DNA of 64,000 bases from positions 1-64,000 of the forward strand of contig JBBQQR010000005.1 of the NCBI GenBank assembly GCA_038215615.1, in the 5' to 3' direction. Position numbers and translations under genes: made by a program. The notes beneath the pieces were generated by a model, which saw only the letters and a program-made list of their open reading frames with translations, was not told the DNA's origin and made no database searches. Below, in pieces: positions 1-8,597 of the stretch. The first letter of the stretch is position 1; each line of letters begins with the position of its first letter. The DNA comes from Vulcanimicrobiales bacterium. GTDB lineage: Bacteria > Vulcanimicrobiota > Vulcanimicrobiia > Vulcanimicrobiales > Vulcanimicrobiaceae.

Positions 1-396
1 TGCAACGGTCAAGACGCTACGCGCGAGACGCTCTCGAGCACGCGTATGGAGCTGCCGCGTGTCGACGTTCGCGCCGAACGGCCGCGTTACGTCTATGCGC
101 CGCGCGTGGGCGAGGACGACTCGTTTACCGACGGCGTCTTACAGATCGACACTGCATCCGGATCGCAACGCATGTGGGAACGTCCGGACGAGTCTCCCGG
201 CGAAGCGATTTTCGTTCCGAAACCCGGCGGAAACGGGGAAACCGACGGCGCCGTGCTTTTCGTCGCGTTCAACGCGCGCGAAAAACGCTCGGCTCTGGTC
301 GTTGTGGACGCCGCGACGTTCGAAGAGTCCGCGCGCGCATGGGCGCCCACGATGCTTCCGTTAGGCTTCCACGGCCAGTTTTGGCCGGCTTACTGA
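1..396 (+). CDS. Carotenoid oxygenase (RPE65/CCD family), C-terminal part, 5'-truncated by the window edge
   Basis: Frame is open from base 1. Motifs ELPRV, PGEAIFVP..ETDG and terminal LPLGFHGQF are typical of carotenoid cleavage dioxygenases. Confidence 0.85.
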   Translation, partial: CNGQDATRETLSSTRMELPRVDVRAERPRYVYAPRVGEDDSFTDGVLQIDTASGSQRMWERPDESPGEAIFVPKPGGNGETDGAVLFVAFNAREKRSALVVVDAATFEESARAWAPTMLPLGFHGQFWPAY

Positions 397-1418
397 ATGA
401 TAAAGCCGGCGACCGGCGCCGTGGATCCGTCCGAATAGAGAACCGTTCCGAAACCCGCGCCATCCGCCCCGTAGAACGCCGCACTCGCCGAGTTGCTGAT
501 TTGCGTTACCACGCCCGCTGTGTTTCCGAAGGGGCCGCCCGTCATGTTTGCCGTAGCACTCGCATCAGCCGTCACGTCACTTAGCGTTACGCCAATCGCG
601 GTCGCCAAGTTAAAGGCGCCGACGGTGACCGTGAAGTTTCCAGAATCGTTGATGACCGGACTCCCGGCGCCGGTAATCGTCCAGGCCGCTCCCGAGGGCG
701 AGAGCGTCATCGCACTCAACCCTGACAAGTATGCTTTGAGCGTTGCGCCGCCCGAGTTGACGTTGCCGTTTTGCGTTCCGTTGAATGAAAATGTGTTGCC
801 GAACTCGATATTGAGCAGCGACACGTTTTGGATCCCGCCGAAACCGCATGTGTTGGATGCGCCGGTCGCGCTGCAGGTCAGTCCGAACGATGCGACCGCC
901 GGCGCCGCCGGGCTCGGCGCAGCAGTGCCGGTCACGCTGAAGGACGTCGTCCCTGCGCTCTTCGTGACGGTTCCGCTCAGTGAATTGTAGGCGATCACGG
1001 CGCCGGCAAGTGACGTGAACGTCGCCGTTCCCGAAAGCGTCGAGGCGGTCGGAGAGTTTTGCGTCTGGGTTAGCACGATGTGCCCCAGGATCGTCGTGCA
1101 GACCGGATCGTAGAAGACGTCGATCGTCGTCGCGATCGTCGTTGGGCCCGAGACGATTGAGACTTTGACACCGTTGCTGCAGACCGGCAACGTGTTGCTT
1201 CCGCCGAACGCTTGAGTCGTGCCCTGCCCGAAGATGAGCGTCAGGATTCCGACGCCGAATTCGCCGGCCAACGCCGCCTGCGCCGCGTTCCGCTGAGTTG
1301 CGATCGAGAGCGTGGTCTGCGGCGGACCCGGCGGCGGAGTCGTCGTCGTCCCCGCGCACGCGGAGAGTGCGAGTGATGCGATGCACGCCAAAGCTGAAAC
1401 CCGGCTTTTCGAAAGCAT
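390..1418 (-). CDS. Hypothetical lipoprotein, Thr/Ser/Gly-rich, beta-strand-rich
   Basis: Signal peptide with lipobox LSAC, Pro-rich linker, 342 aa. Confidence 0.75.
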   Translation of the reverse strand: MLSKSRVSALACIASLALSACAGTTTTPPPGPPQTTLSIATQRNAAQAALAGEFGVGILTLIFGQGTTQAFGGSNTLPVCSNGVKVSIVSGPTTIATTIDVFYDPVCTTILGHIVLTQTQNSPTASTLSGTATFTSLAGAVIAYNSLSGTVTKSAGTTSFSVTGTAAPSPAAPAVASFGLTCSATGASNTCGFGGIQNVSLLNIEFGNTFSFNGTQNGNVNSGGATLKAYLSGLSAMTLSPSGAAWTITGAGSPVINDSGNFTVTVGAFNLATAIGVTLSDVTADASATANMTGGPFGNTAGVVTQISNSASAAFYGADGAGFGTVLYSDGSTAPVAGFIIQ

Positions 1419-1529
1419 CGATCGCTCTTCCGTTAGCCCGACGATCGATACCTGCGAAGGTCCCTCGGCCGAAGTTCCGTAAGCCCTTTTTCCTATCGCT
1501 TCGCCTTTTAGGAACGAAGGGAGTTTTGT

Positions 1530-1874
1530 ATGGTTACTCGTTTACGTCACATCGCCATCGTGCAATTCGCGCTCGTAGCGGCGGTGCTCTATGCCCTGAT
1601 CGGCATTCTCATCGGATTAGCGTGGTGGCTGGTTATCAGCCCGATCATGATGGCGGGAATCAAGAGCAGCGGCATAACGACGCCGGGCATGGCCGCAATG
1701 ACCGGAATCGGGTTCTTCGCGATCATCTTTTTTCCGATCATGTACGGCATCATCGGTTTCATCGCGGGATTGCTCTACGCAGCGCTCTACAATCTCGCCG
1801 CCCGGTGGACCGGCGGTTTCGAATTGACGCTCGACCAGGTCCCCGTTAGAACGACGGGAATTACGACGGTCTAA
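1530..1874 (+). CDS. Small membrane protein (DUF3566-like)
   Basis: Two long hydrophobic segments and C-terminal LYNLAARWTGGFEL; GGGAG SD upstream. Confidence 0.7.
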   Translation: MVTRLRHIAIVQFALVAAVLYALIGILIGLAWWLVISPIMMAGIKSSGITTPGMAAMTGIGFFAIIFFPIMYGIIGFIAGLLYAALYNLAARWTGGFELTLDQVPVRTTGITTV

Positions 1875-1875
1875 A

Positions 1876-2874
1876 CTATTTGCGCGCGACGGCGCGGCGC
1901 ACCGCCGCTTCGATCGCGCCGGATCCCATGCCGTAGTGTTCGATCAGCTCGGCGGGATCGCCGGATTGACCGAACTGATCGGCCACGCCGACGAATTCGA
2001 TCGGCGTAGGCCGGCGCTGGGCCAAAATTTCGGCAACGCGCGAGCCCATGCCGCCGAAAATTTGGTGCTCTTCAACCGTAACGACCGCGCCGCAGCGTTC
2101 GGCGGCTTCGACGATGGTTTTTTCGTCCATCGGCTTGATCGTGTGATTGTTGACGACCGTGCATTCGATTCCGTCGCGAGCGAGCTTCTGCGCGGCGATC
2201 AGCGCATTGTACACCAAAATACCGCAGACGACGATCGCCGCATCCTTGCCTTCGCGGAAAATCTGCGCCTTTCCGAGTTCGAACGGCGTCTCTTCAGTCG
2301 TGACGACCGGCGTTTTTTCGCGGCCGAAACGTAAGTAGACCGGACCGTCCATCGCCGCGACGGCCAGGGTCGCTCGCTTCGTCTGAATGGAATCGCACGG
2401 AACGACGACGGTCATGTGCGGAATGCAGCGCATGATCGCGATATCTTCGATCGCTTGGTGCGTCGCGCCGTCGGGCCCAACCGAGACGCCGGCATGCGCG
2501 CCCGCGATTTTTACGTTGGTTTCGTTGAGCGCCATCGTCGTGCGGACTTGCTCCCACGAGCGGCCGGGATTGAACATCGCATAGCTCGCGATGAACGGAA
2601 TTTTTCCGGTGCTGGCCATACCCGCCGCCATGGCGACCAGCATCTGCTCCGAGACGCCGATCTCGATGTATTGATCCGGCAGCGCTTCCTTAAAACCGAG
2701 CATGCGGGTGGACTCGGAAAGGTCCGCGCAGATCGCGAGCACGTTGCGGTTACTTTTGCCCGCCTCGATCACGCCTTCGCCGAAGCCGTTGCGCGTGGGC
2801 ACTTGCTTGACGCTGGCAGGATCTTGGAGCTCGGCCAGCCGCATGGCGGCCACGCCGTCGAGCGCGCTAGCCAT
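1876..2874 (-). CDS. Transketolase, C-terminal subunit
   Basis: EIGVSEQ, GPDGATHQAIED, GPVYLRFGR and TVEEH motifs. Confidence 0.95.
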   Translation of the reverse strand: MASALDGVAAMRLAELQDPASVKQVPTRNGFGEGVIEAGKSNRNVLAICADLSESTRMLGFKEALPDQYIEIGVSEQMLVAMAAGMASTGKIPFIASYAMFNPGRSWEQVRTTMALNETNVKIAGAHAGVSVGPDGATHQAIEDIAIMRCIPHMTVVVPCDSIQTKRATLAVAAMDGPVYLRFGREKTPVVTTEETPFELGKAQIFREGKDAAIVVCGILVYNALIAAQKLARDGIECTVVNNHTIKPMDEKTIVEAAERCGAVVTVEEHQIFGGMGSRVAEILAQRRPTPIEFVGVADQFGQSGDPAELIEHYGMGSGAIEAAVRRAVARK

Positions 2875-3724
2875 TGGCCGCGATCCGTTCCCGTTCGGCC
2901 TGCAGTTCGCGCAGCGCGGTCTCAGCCTGTTCTTTGTTGGGCGGCTTACCGTGCCAGGTGTAATCGCCTTCCATATAACTCACGCCTTTGCCCGGAACCG
3001 TGTTGGCGATGATCACGCTTGGCTTGTCTTTGACGGCCTTGGCTTTTTCGATCGTCTCCGTAAACTGCGCGATGTCGTTGCCGTCGCACTCGAAGACTTC
3101 CCAGTTAAAGGCGCGGTATTTGTCGGCGAAGGGCTCCAGCGGCATGACGTCTTCGGTGCTGCCGTCGATCTGAATGAAGTTACGATCGACGATCGCGATC
3201 AGATTGTCGAGTTTAAATTTGGCGGCGGTCATGGCCGCTTCCCAGTGCAGTCCGCACTGGTGCTCGGCGTCCGACGTCACCACGTAGACGCGCCAGCTTT
3301 TCCCGTCCATCTTCGCGGCGAGCGCCATCCCCGTGCCCTGCGCCAAGCCTTCTCCCAGCGGGCCGGACGTCGTCTCAACCGCCGGCAGACGCATCCGCTC
3401 AGGGTGTCCTTGCAGACGCGTTCCGAACTTGCGCAGCGTCAGCAACTCTTCGACCGGAAAGTACCCGCCGTAGGCCATCGCACTGTAACGAACGGGTGCG
3501 ATATGCCCGCACGAAAGCAGCAACCGGTCGCGGTCGTCCCACAACGGTTCTTTTGGGCGGTGATTGAGCACGTGCTCGTAGAGCACGGTAAAAACGTCGG
3601 CCATATCAAGCGGTCCGGCCGAATGTCCGGAGCCCGCGGCCAATAGCGAGCGGATGATCCCCTCGCGCACGTCGGTGGCGTGGAGTTTGAGTTCGAGCAG
3701 ACGCTGCGGCGAGAGCGTGGGCAT
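2867..3724 (-). CDS. Transketolase, N-terminal (TPP-binding) subunit
   Basis: AGSGH, DRDRLLLSCGH, LQGHP, TSGPLGEG and SDAE..G..WEA motifs. Confidence 0.95.
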   Translation of the reverse strand: MPTLSPQRLLELKLHATDVREGIIRSLLAAGSGHSAGPLDMADVFTVLYEHVLNHRPKEPLWDDRDRLLLSCGHIAPVRYSAMAYGGYFPVEELLTLRKFGTRLQGHPERMRLPAVETTSGPLGEGLAQGTGMALAAKMDGKSWRVYVVTSDAEHQCGLHWEAAMTAAKFKLDNLIAIVDRNFIQIDGSTEDVMPLEPFADKYRAFNWEVFECDGNDIAQFTETIEKAKAVKDKPSVIIANTVPGKGVSYMEGDYTWHGKPPNKEQAETALRELQAERERIAANG

Positions 3725-3766
3725 ACCAGGCCGTAAATACCCGCCTTTGCCGGAGTCTCCTCGTCC

Positions 3767-4681
3767 TTACTCTACAAAACGCGGCAAGCGCACGACGAAT
3801 TCGGCGCCGCCCGCATTGCCGTCGCGCACAAATGCCTCACCTTCGTGCGCGCGTGCGATCCATCGCACCAGCGCCAAGCCTAATCCGCTACCGCGCGCAT
3901 CCCCGCTGAACGCGCGCTCGAAAATCTGCTCGCGATACGCGTCTTCAACCGCGTCGCCGTCGTTGAAGACGATCACGTCGACTGTGCGTCCGTTTGCGTG
4001 TGAATCGACCACGATGCGTCGGCGCGCGTGGCGCAGAGCATTTTCGAGCAGATTACGCAGCAGCTCGCGCAGCCTCAGTTCGTCGCCGTTGACGATCGCT
4101 GTCTGCGCGCGGTTATCGATCGCGAGTCCCCGCTCGGCCGCGCGCGCTTCAAATTCTTTCGAGACGTTTTTAGCAAGCACGGCGACGTCGACCGGTTCGA
4201 GTTGCAGCAGATGTGAATCGGCCGGCCGGGAAAGCGTTAGCAGCTCGCCCACGGTTTGCGACGCATCGAGCGCGGCTTGCGTGATCGTATCGAAATCTTG
4301 CGCGAGCTCGGAGGGCGCACCCGGTTTGGCAGCTTGTGAAACTGCCGCAATCGTCGCGAGCGGAGAACGCAAACGGTGCGCCGCGTCGGCGGCGAACTCG
4401 CGTTCGCGCTGGCGGCCGGCAATCAGCGGCTGCAGCGACGCGCGCGCCAAAAGCCAGGATGCCCCGCCGACAATCGCAAGCAGCGGAATATCGAAGCTCA
4501 GAATCGTCTCGACCACGCGCGTCATCGCGGCGCGATAGGCTTGTGCTGCTTCGGGCGTACCGATCGCGGGCTGAAGCAGTGACTGATATTCGCGCGACAT
4601 AAATGCGTAAGCGCCCGCGCTGAGCAGTGCCAGCACGATGGCGAATACGAGCAGGTACCGGAGCGTGAGCCGCGCGATCAC
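3767..4681 (-). CDS. Two-component sensor histidine kinase (short periplasmic loop, atypical H-box)
   Basis: Two TM helices; H-box FAADAAHRLRSPL, N-box NLLENALRH, G2 GSGLGLA; 4-nt overlap with the response regulator. Confidence 0.9.
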   Translation of the reverse strand: MIARLTLRYLLVFAIVLALLSAGAYAFMSREYQSLLQPAIGTPEAAQAYRAAMTRVVETILSFDIPLLAIVGGASWLLARASLQPLIAGRQREREFAADAAHRLRSPLATIAAVSQAAKPGAPSELAQDFDTITQAALDASQTVGELLTLSRPADSHLLQLEPVDVAVLAKNVSKEFEARAAERGLAIDNRAQTAIVNGDELRLRELLRNLLENALRHARRRIVVDSHANGRTVDVIVFNDGDAVEDAYREQIFERAFSGDARGSGLGLALVRWIARAHEGEAFVRDGNAGGAEFVVRLPRFVE

Positions 4682-5346
4682 GCTTCCAACTTATATCCGA
4701 CGCCCCATACCGTCTGAATCACGTCGCCGGCGCCGGCGCGTTTGAGTTTGCGGCGCAGTTGACTGACGTAGACGTCGACGATGTTGGTCGATCCGTCAAA
4801 GTCGTAATCCCAAAGATGTTCGAGCAAGTTTTCGCGCGAGAACGCGATTCCCGCGTTGCGCGCGAAAAACTCGAGCATCCGGAATTCGGTCGCGCCCAGC
4901 GGAAGACGCTTTCCGGCGACGCTGACCTCGCGTGCGGATGCGTCAATTTCCAGCGAACCCGCGCGCAGGGTGTCGTGGACGGGTCTATCGGCCCGCCGCG
5001 TGATCGCGCGCAAGCGCGCGAAGAGTTCTTCTTCGACGAATGGCTTGATCAAGTAATCGTCGGCGCCACAGTCCAACCCGCGAACGCGATCTTCGACCGC
5101 GTCGAGCGCGGTCAGCATCAGAATGGGAGTCTGTACGCCTTCGCCGCGAGCAGCCTTAGCGACCGCGAAACCGTCGCGCCCAGGAAGCACGACGTCGAGA
5201 ATTGCCGCGTCGTAATGCTGGCGCAAGAGATGATCCAAGCCCGCTTCCCCGTCCGGCGCGAGGTCCACCGCATACTTGCGGCGTTCGAGCATCGTGCGGA
5301 CGGCAGCGGCGATCGAGGCGTTGTCCTCGACCACCAAGATTCGCAT
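4678..5346 (-). CDS. OmpR/PhoB-family response regulator
   Basis: ILVVED, ILDVVLPGRDG, GADDYLIKPF; wHTH C-terminus IQTVWGVGY. Confidence 0.95.
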   Translation of the reverse strand: MRILVVEDNASIAAAVRTMLERRKYAVDLAPDGEAGLDHLLRQHYDAAILDVVLPGRDGFAVAKAARGEGVQTPILMLTALDAVEDRVRGLDCGADDYLIKPFVEEELFARLRAITRRADRPVHDTLRAGSLEIDASAREVSVAGKRLPLGATEFRMLEFFARNAGIAFSRENLLEHLWDYDFDGSTNIVDVYVSQLRRKLKRAGAGDVIQTVWGVGYKLEA

Positions 5347-5349
5347 GCT

Positions 5350-6480
5350 CTAGAGTTTCGGCGGCCAGGGAAATCCCACTGTCAGCGCCGCGCCGAGATG
5401 GCCTGACGCCCCAACCGGCGCTACCTGCTGGATCAGCAGCCGCGCATGCGGCGTAACGTGAAACGCCGCGTAATACACGATGTCGCGCGAGATGAACGGA
5501 ACGGCTTGCGCGTCGTAACGCACGCCCAGATACGCGTGCGGCGTGACGTAATATTTTAAACGGGCGTAACCGCCCGTACTTCCGGTTCGCGTGCCGAACC
5601 CGTCGGCGTTTTGATCGCTGCCCCACCATTGTTCGGCTTGCAGCTCGACGTTGCGCACGGTGAGTTTCGCAAGGACGCCTGCGCGTTGGTAGGCATCGGA
5701 AAAGGTGTTCCGACCGGCAGGGACGATTCGCCGCGATCCGGTGATGAAGTCACCGCCCACCGTAAGATTGGATGTTAGCGGCGCACGCAAGAACATGCCA
5801 AACTCCGGTGAATTCGCGGCGGTCGTCTCGCCGGTCGGAACAGGTTTGCCGCCGTACGCGGAGCCTTTGAACTCGCCGATGTCAACCGTAAAATCGGCGG
5901 TGACCGATCCTATGGCGCGTTCGGCTTGCAAGCCCCAGCGTGGCGACGACAGCGATAGATCGTTCAGGCCGACGTGCGCGCCGTAATACCCATAAGGCGC
6001 GAGGTCGTCGAGCCGCTGTCCCGGCGATTGCGCCAGCGGCAGCTCGAATAAGCCTAAACGATACAGCGATTGCGTGTGCGCGTTGTAAGTGGCGAGATAG
6101 GCCAAGAACAATCCCGCCGGGCCTCCGCCCGCGCCCAAATTATAATGAATGAAAGCGCTCACCGCGCCGATGTCGGCGTTCGAGAGCAAAACGCCGCCGG
6201 GTGAGAATCGCCGGGTGCCCGCTGCCGGGTCGGCTTCCCACTCGAGCTGATACCGCATGGCAACGCCCGTCGTGCCATGTTTTGGAATGGGCAGCCGGTA
6301 GCCGTGTGCGCGAAAAGAGTTGCCGAACGAGTTGAGCTCGGGCAACACGCTGTGACACGCCGAGCACTGCAGCTGGTAGCGCTGCGCGAACAGGGGAATA
6401 GCGCGCGCCGGAATGCGCAGCGCCAGCGTGAATGCGGCCGCAAGCACGCACGCCGCGAGGAATCGCGTGCTAGTGGGCAA
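5350..6480 (-). CDS. Monoheme cytochrome c-porin fusion (Cyc2-like)
   Basis: After the signal peptide: IPLFAQRY-x3-CSACH-x3-PELNSFGNSFRAHGY, then alternating amphipathic beta-strands with an aromatic C-terminus. Confidence 0.75.
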   Translation of the reverse strand: MPTSTRFLAACVLAAAFTLALRIPARAIPLFAQRYQLQCSACHSVLPELNSFGNSFRAHGYRLPIPKHGTTGVAMRYQLEWEADPAAGTRRFSPGGVLLSNADIGAVSAFIHYNLGAGGGPAGLFLAYLATYNAHTQSLYRLGLFELPLAQSPGQRLDDLAPYGYYGAHVGLNDLSLSSPRWGLQAERAIGSVTADFTVDIGEFKGSAYGGKPVPTGETTAANSPEFGMFLRAPLTSNLTVGGDFITGSRRIVPAGRNTFSDAYQRAGVLAKLTVRNVELQAEQWWGSDQNADGFGTRTGSTGGYARLKYYVTPHAYLGVRYDAQAVPFISRDIVYYAAFHVTPHARLLIQQVAPVGASGHLGAALTVGFPWPPKL

Positions 6481-6928
6481 CGATCTCCGCTCTCATCGGA
6501 CCGCCATAGTGATAGAAACAGCCGTAGAGGTACGTGCCGGCCTTATCGATGAGGAGCGTCTGCGACGATGCGCCGGCCGGCAAGGTTCCGCTACTCCAGT
6601 TTTGCGATATGGCGCTCCCGCTTTGCGTTTGCGCCGAAGACGAATAAGGCGATCCCGCCGGAAAGGTCGTCGCTGCCGGAATAGCGGTCGCGGTGTGCGC
6701 GAAGCCGTCGGAGTTGACGAATCGTACAGACGTTCCGACCGCAACGTTGGTCACGGCGGGCGAATACCCGCCCGCGCTGCCCGCCGGCGTTTGCGAGCTG
6801 GGATTGAGCGTGAGATTGACGTCGATCGTTTGTATCTGCGTGTTGCTCCCGCCGCCCGCCGGCGTCATCGTTCCGCCGTTGGTGCAGGCCGCGAGCAAGA
6901 GAAAAGCGGCACATAGTAGAGTCCTCAT
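6470..6928 (-). CDS. Cupredoxin (type-1 blue copper) lipoprotein
   Basis: Lipobox LAAC; His ligand in FAHTAT; C-terminal ligand loop YLYGC-FY-H-YGGP-M. Confidence 0.85.
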   Translation of the reverse strand: MRTLLCAAFLLLAACTNGGTMTPAGGGSNTQIQTIDVNLTLNPSSQTPAGSAGGYSPAVTNVAVGTSVRFVNSDGFAHTATAIPAATTFPAGSPYSSSAQTQSGSAISQNWSSGTLPAGASSQTLLIDKAGTYLYGCFYHYGGPMRAEIVAH

Positions 6929-7449
6929 TGCGCGAGCTGCGCTCCAAGATTGGTCGAAGCAAGGATTATTTTGCGTACCACCCCACGCGGGTCGACGAAA
7001 TACACGAAGGTCGTATGTTCCTCCGCATAACCCTTACGTCCGCGGCGGGTCATGACGCCGAACTCGCGCATCACGCGGTGCACGTTGGGAACGCTGCCTC
7101 CGGCGACGATCCACCTGCGGGGATCTGCTTGAAAGGTTTGCGCCAGCGCGCGCATGACGCGCGGCGGATCGTTTTCGGGATCGAGCGTGATCGTCACCAG
7201 ACGAACGTTCCGGTGCTCCGCAGTGAGCCAGCGCGCGGCGCGTGCGAACTGCGCGTTCACTAACGGGCACGCGTCGGTGCAATGCGCCGCGACGAACGTC
7301 ACGATCAGCGGCGTCCCACGCAGAGAGGTCATTGAAAATGTCCGGCCGGTCTGATCGACCAGTTGCGGCGGACGTTCGAATGCGGCGGCAGGAAGAGCGA
7401 AGAGGCTGAGCGCCAGAACGCATGCCGCGCGCGCATGCTTGAAACCCAT
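6925..7449 (-). CDS. SCO1/SenC family copper chaperone
   Basis: CTDACP (CxxxC), ITLDPENDPP and distal His in EEHTT. Start taken at ATG 7449. Confidence 0.9.
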   Translation of the reverse strand: MGFKHARAACVLALSLFALPAAAFERPPQLVDQTGRTFSMTSLRGTPLIVTFVAAHCTDACPLVNAQFARAARWLTAEHRNVRLVTITLDPENDPPRVMRALAQTFQADPRRWIVAGGSVPNVHRVMREFGVMTRRGRKGYAEEHTTFVYFVDPRGVVRKIILASTNLGAQLAQ

Positions 7450-7456
7450 TCCCGTC

Positions 7457-7488
7457 ACAATAGGCCCCAGGAATGAAGAAAGTTTGAA
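7457..7488 (-). promoter_or_regulatory. Putative OmpR-type direct-repeat box plus -10 element of the SCO operon
   Basis: Minus strand TTCA-aactttc-TTCA-N11-TATTGT-N7-ATG. Confidence 0.55.
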
Positions 7489-7490
7489 AG

Positions 7491-8309
7491 CTAGCGGGAT
7501 TTGATGGCGTCGCGCATCGCGACGGCCAGATTCCTCAGGGCCGGATCGGTCGCGGAGTCGCCCGCGACCGTTGCGAACGCCGCCCGCGCCTGGGCGCGTT
7601 TGCCTTCGCGCAGCAGCACCGTTCCAAGCGCGAAACGCGCCCGTGCGTACGCAGGTGCGAGGTCGACCGCGATCTGAAACTCACGCTCGGCCGACGCGAA
7701 GTCGTTGGTCTTGGCTTGCGCCAATCCGAGATTGTAGTGAGCGTAGGCGTACTTCGGATTCGCCTGCAGAAACTGGCCGAAATCGTTGCGGGCTGTGACC
7801 GTATCGCCTGAGCGCAACGCCACGAGACCCCGTTCATAGAGGGCGCGGGCCGAATCGGGAGCGGCGGCTACGAAACGGTCCGCCACCGCGCGCGCATCGC
7901 GCAAGTCGCCCCGGCTCAAATCGACCGCGATCAAATTTGCCATCGCCGCCAAAAAACCGGGATCGCGCGCGATCGCCGATTGCAGCTGGCGCGCGGCGTC
8001 GTCGAGCCGGTGCATGTTCGCATAAGCGATCGCCAAATCGTACCGCGCGGTCGAGTTCGCAGGCTCGCCCGGATTGAGCACGATAATGCGTTCGAATTCA
8101 GCCGCCGCGGATTGCCAGTCGGCGCGCTGTTCGGCGGCGAGGCCTAAATGAAAACGCTCGACGACCTCACGGCCGACGGCGAGCGCGCGCAACTCCGGCA
8201 CGCTGGTCGTGCGGGGAGCCGGGGTCGAGTGAGGATACATCTGCGCGCGCGCCAACGAGCCGCACGCGGCGAACACGATCAGCGCCGGCACCAGCCAGGA
8301 GTGTCGCAC
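7491..8309 (-). CDS. Secreted tetratricopeptide-repeat protein
   Basis: Signal peptide and several TPR units (ARYDLAIAY, AHYNLGLA, ARFALGTVL). Confidence 0.85.
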   Translation of the reverse strand: MRHSWLVPALIVFAACGSLARAQMYPHSTPAPRTTSVPELRALAVGREVVERFHLGLAAEQRADWQSAAAEFERIIVLNPGEPANSTARYDLAIAYANMHRLDDAARQLQSAIARDPGFLAAMANLIAVDLSRGDLRDARAVADRFVAAAPDSARALYERGLVALRSGDTVTARNDFGQFLQANPKYAYAHYNLGLAQAKTNDFASAEREFQIAVDLAPAYARARFALGTVLLREGKRAQARAAFATVAGDSATDPALRNLAVAMRDAIKSR

Positions 8310-8312
8310 GTC

Positions 8313-8561
8313 TTAGGGCCGGGGCAGTTCCGCGTTTTGCCAGGAGTTCGCGCCCGCGGCTTGTTCCGGTTTGCAGGCCCATCCAACCCGCCCGACTTCA
8401 GTTATAGGACCCAGAAGCGCAGGGGCGGCCGAGGGCTGGAGGGCGCCGTCGAGCATCGCCTCAAGCGACGCAGCGCCGGCATATCCGCGTTCGAAAGCCA
8501 ACGAGCAGACGGCTAAAACTGCCGCCAGCACGAAAAGCCTGAGCCATCGCCTTGACATCAT
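8313..8561 (-). CDS. Small secreted or membrane-anchored hypothetical protein
   Basis: N-terminal hydrophobic helix; ends 3 nt before the TPR gene start; -10 TATACT directly upstream. Confidence 0.6.
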   Translation of the reverse strand: MMSRRWLRLFVLAAVLAVCSLAFERGYAGAASLEAMLDGALQPSAAPALLGPITEVGRVGWACKPEQAAGANSWQNAELPRP

Positions 8562-8566
8562 CTATA

Positions 8567-8597
8567 AGTATAGCCGAATCTCTGAAGAATCCGTGAA
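8567..8597 (-). promoter_or_regulatory. Putative OmpR-type direct-repeat box plus -10 element
   Basis: Minus strand TTCA-cggattc-TTCA-N10-TATACT, same layout as 7457-7488. Confidence 0.55.

Noticed and set aside
8371..8592. N-terminal extension of the receptor ORF
   Set aside because: Overlaps the divergent small gene and its promoter; GTG 8593 yields a proper signal peptide.
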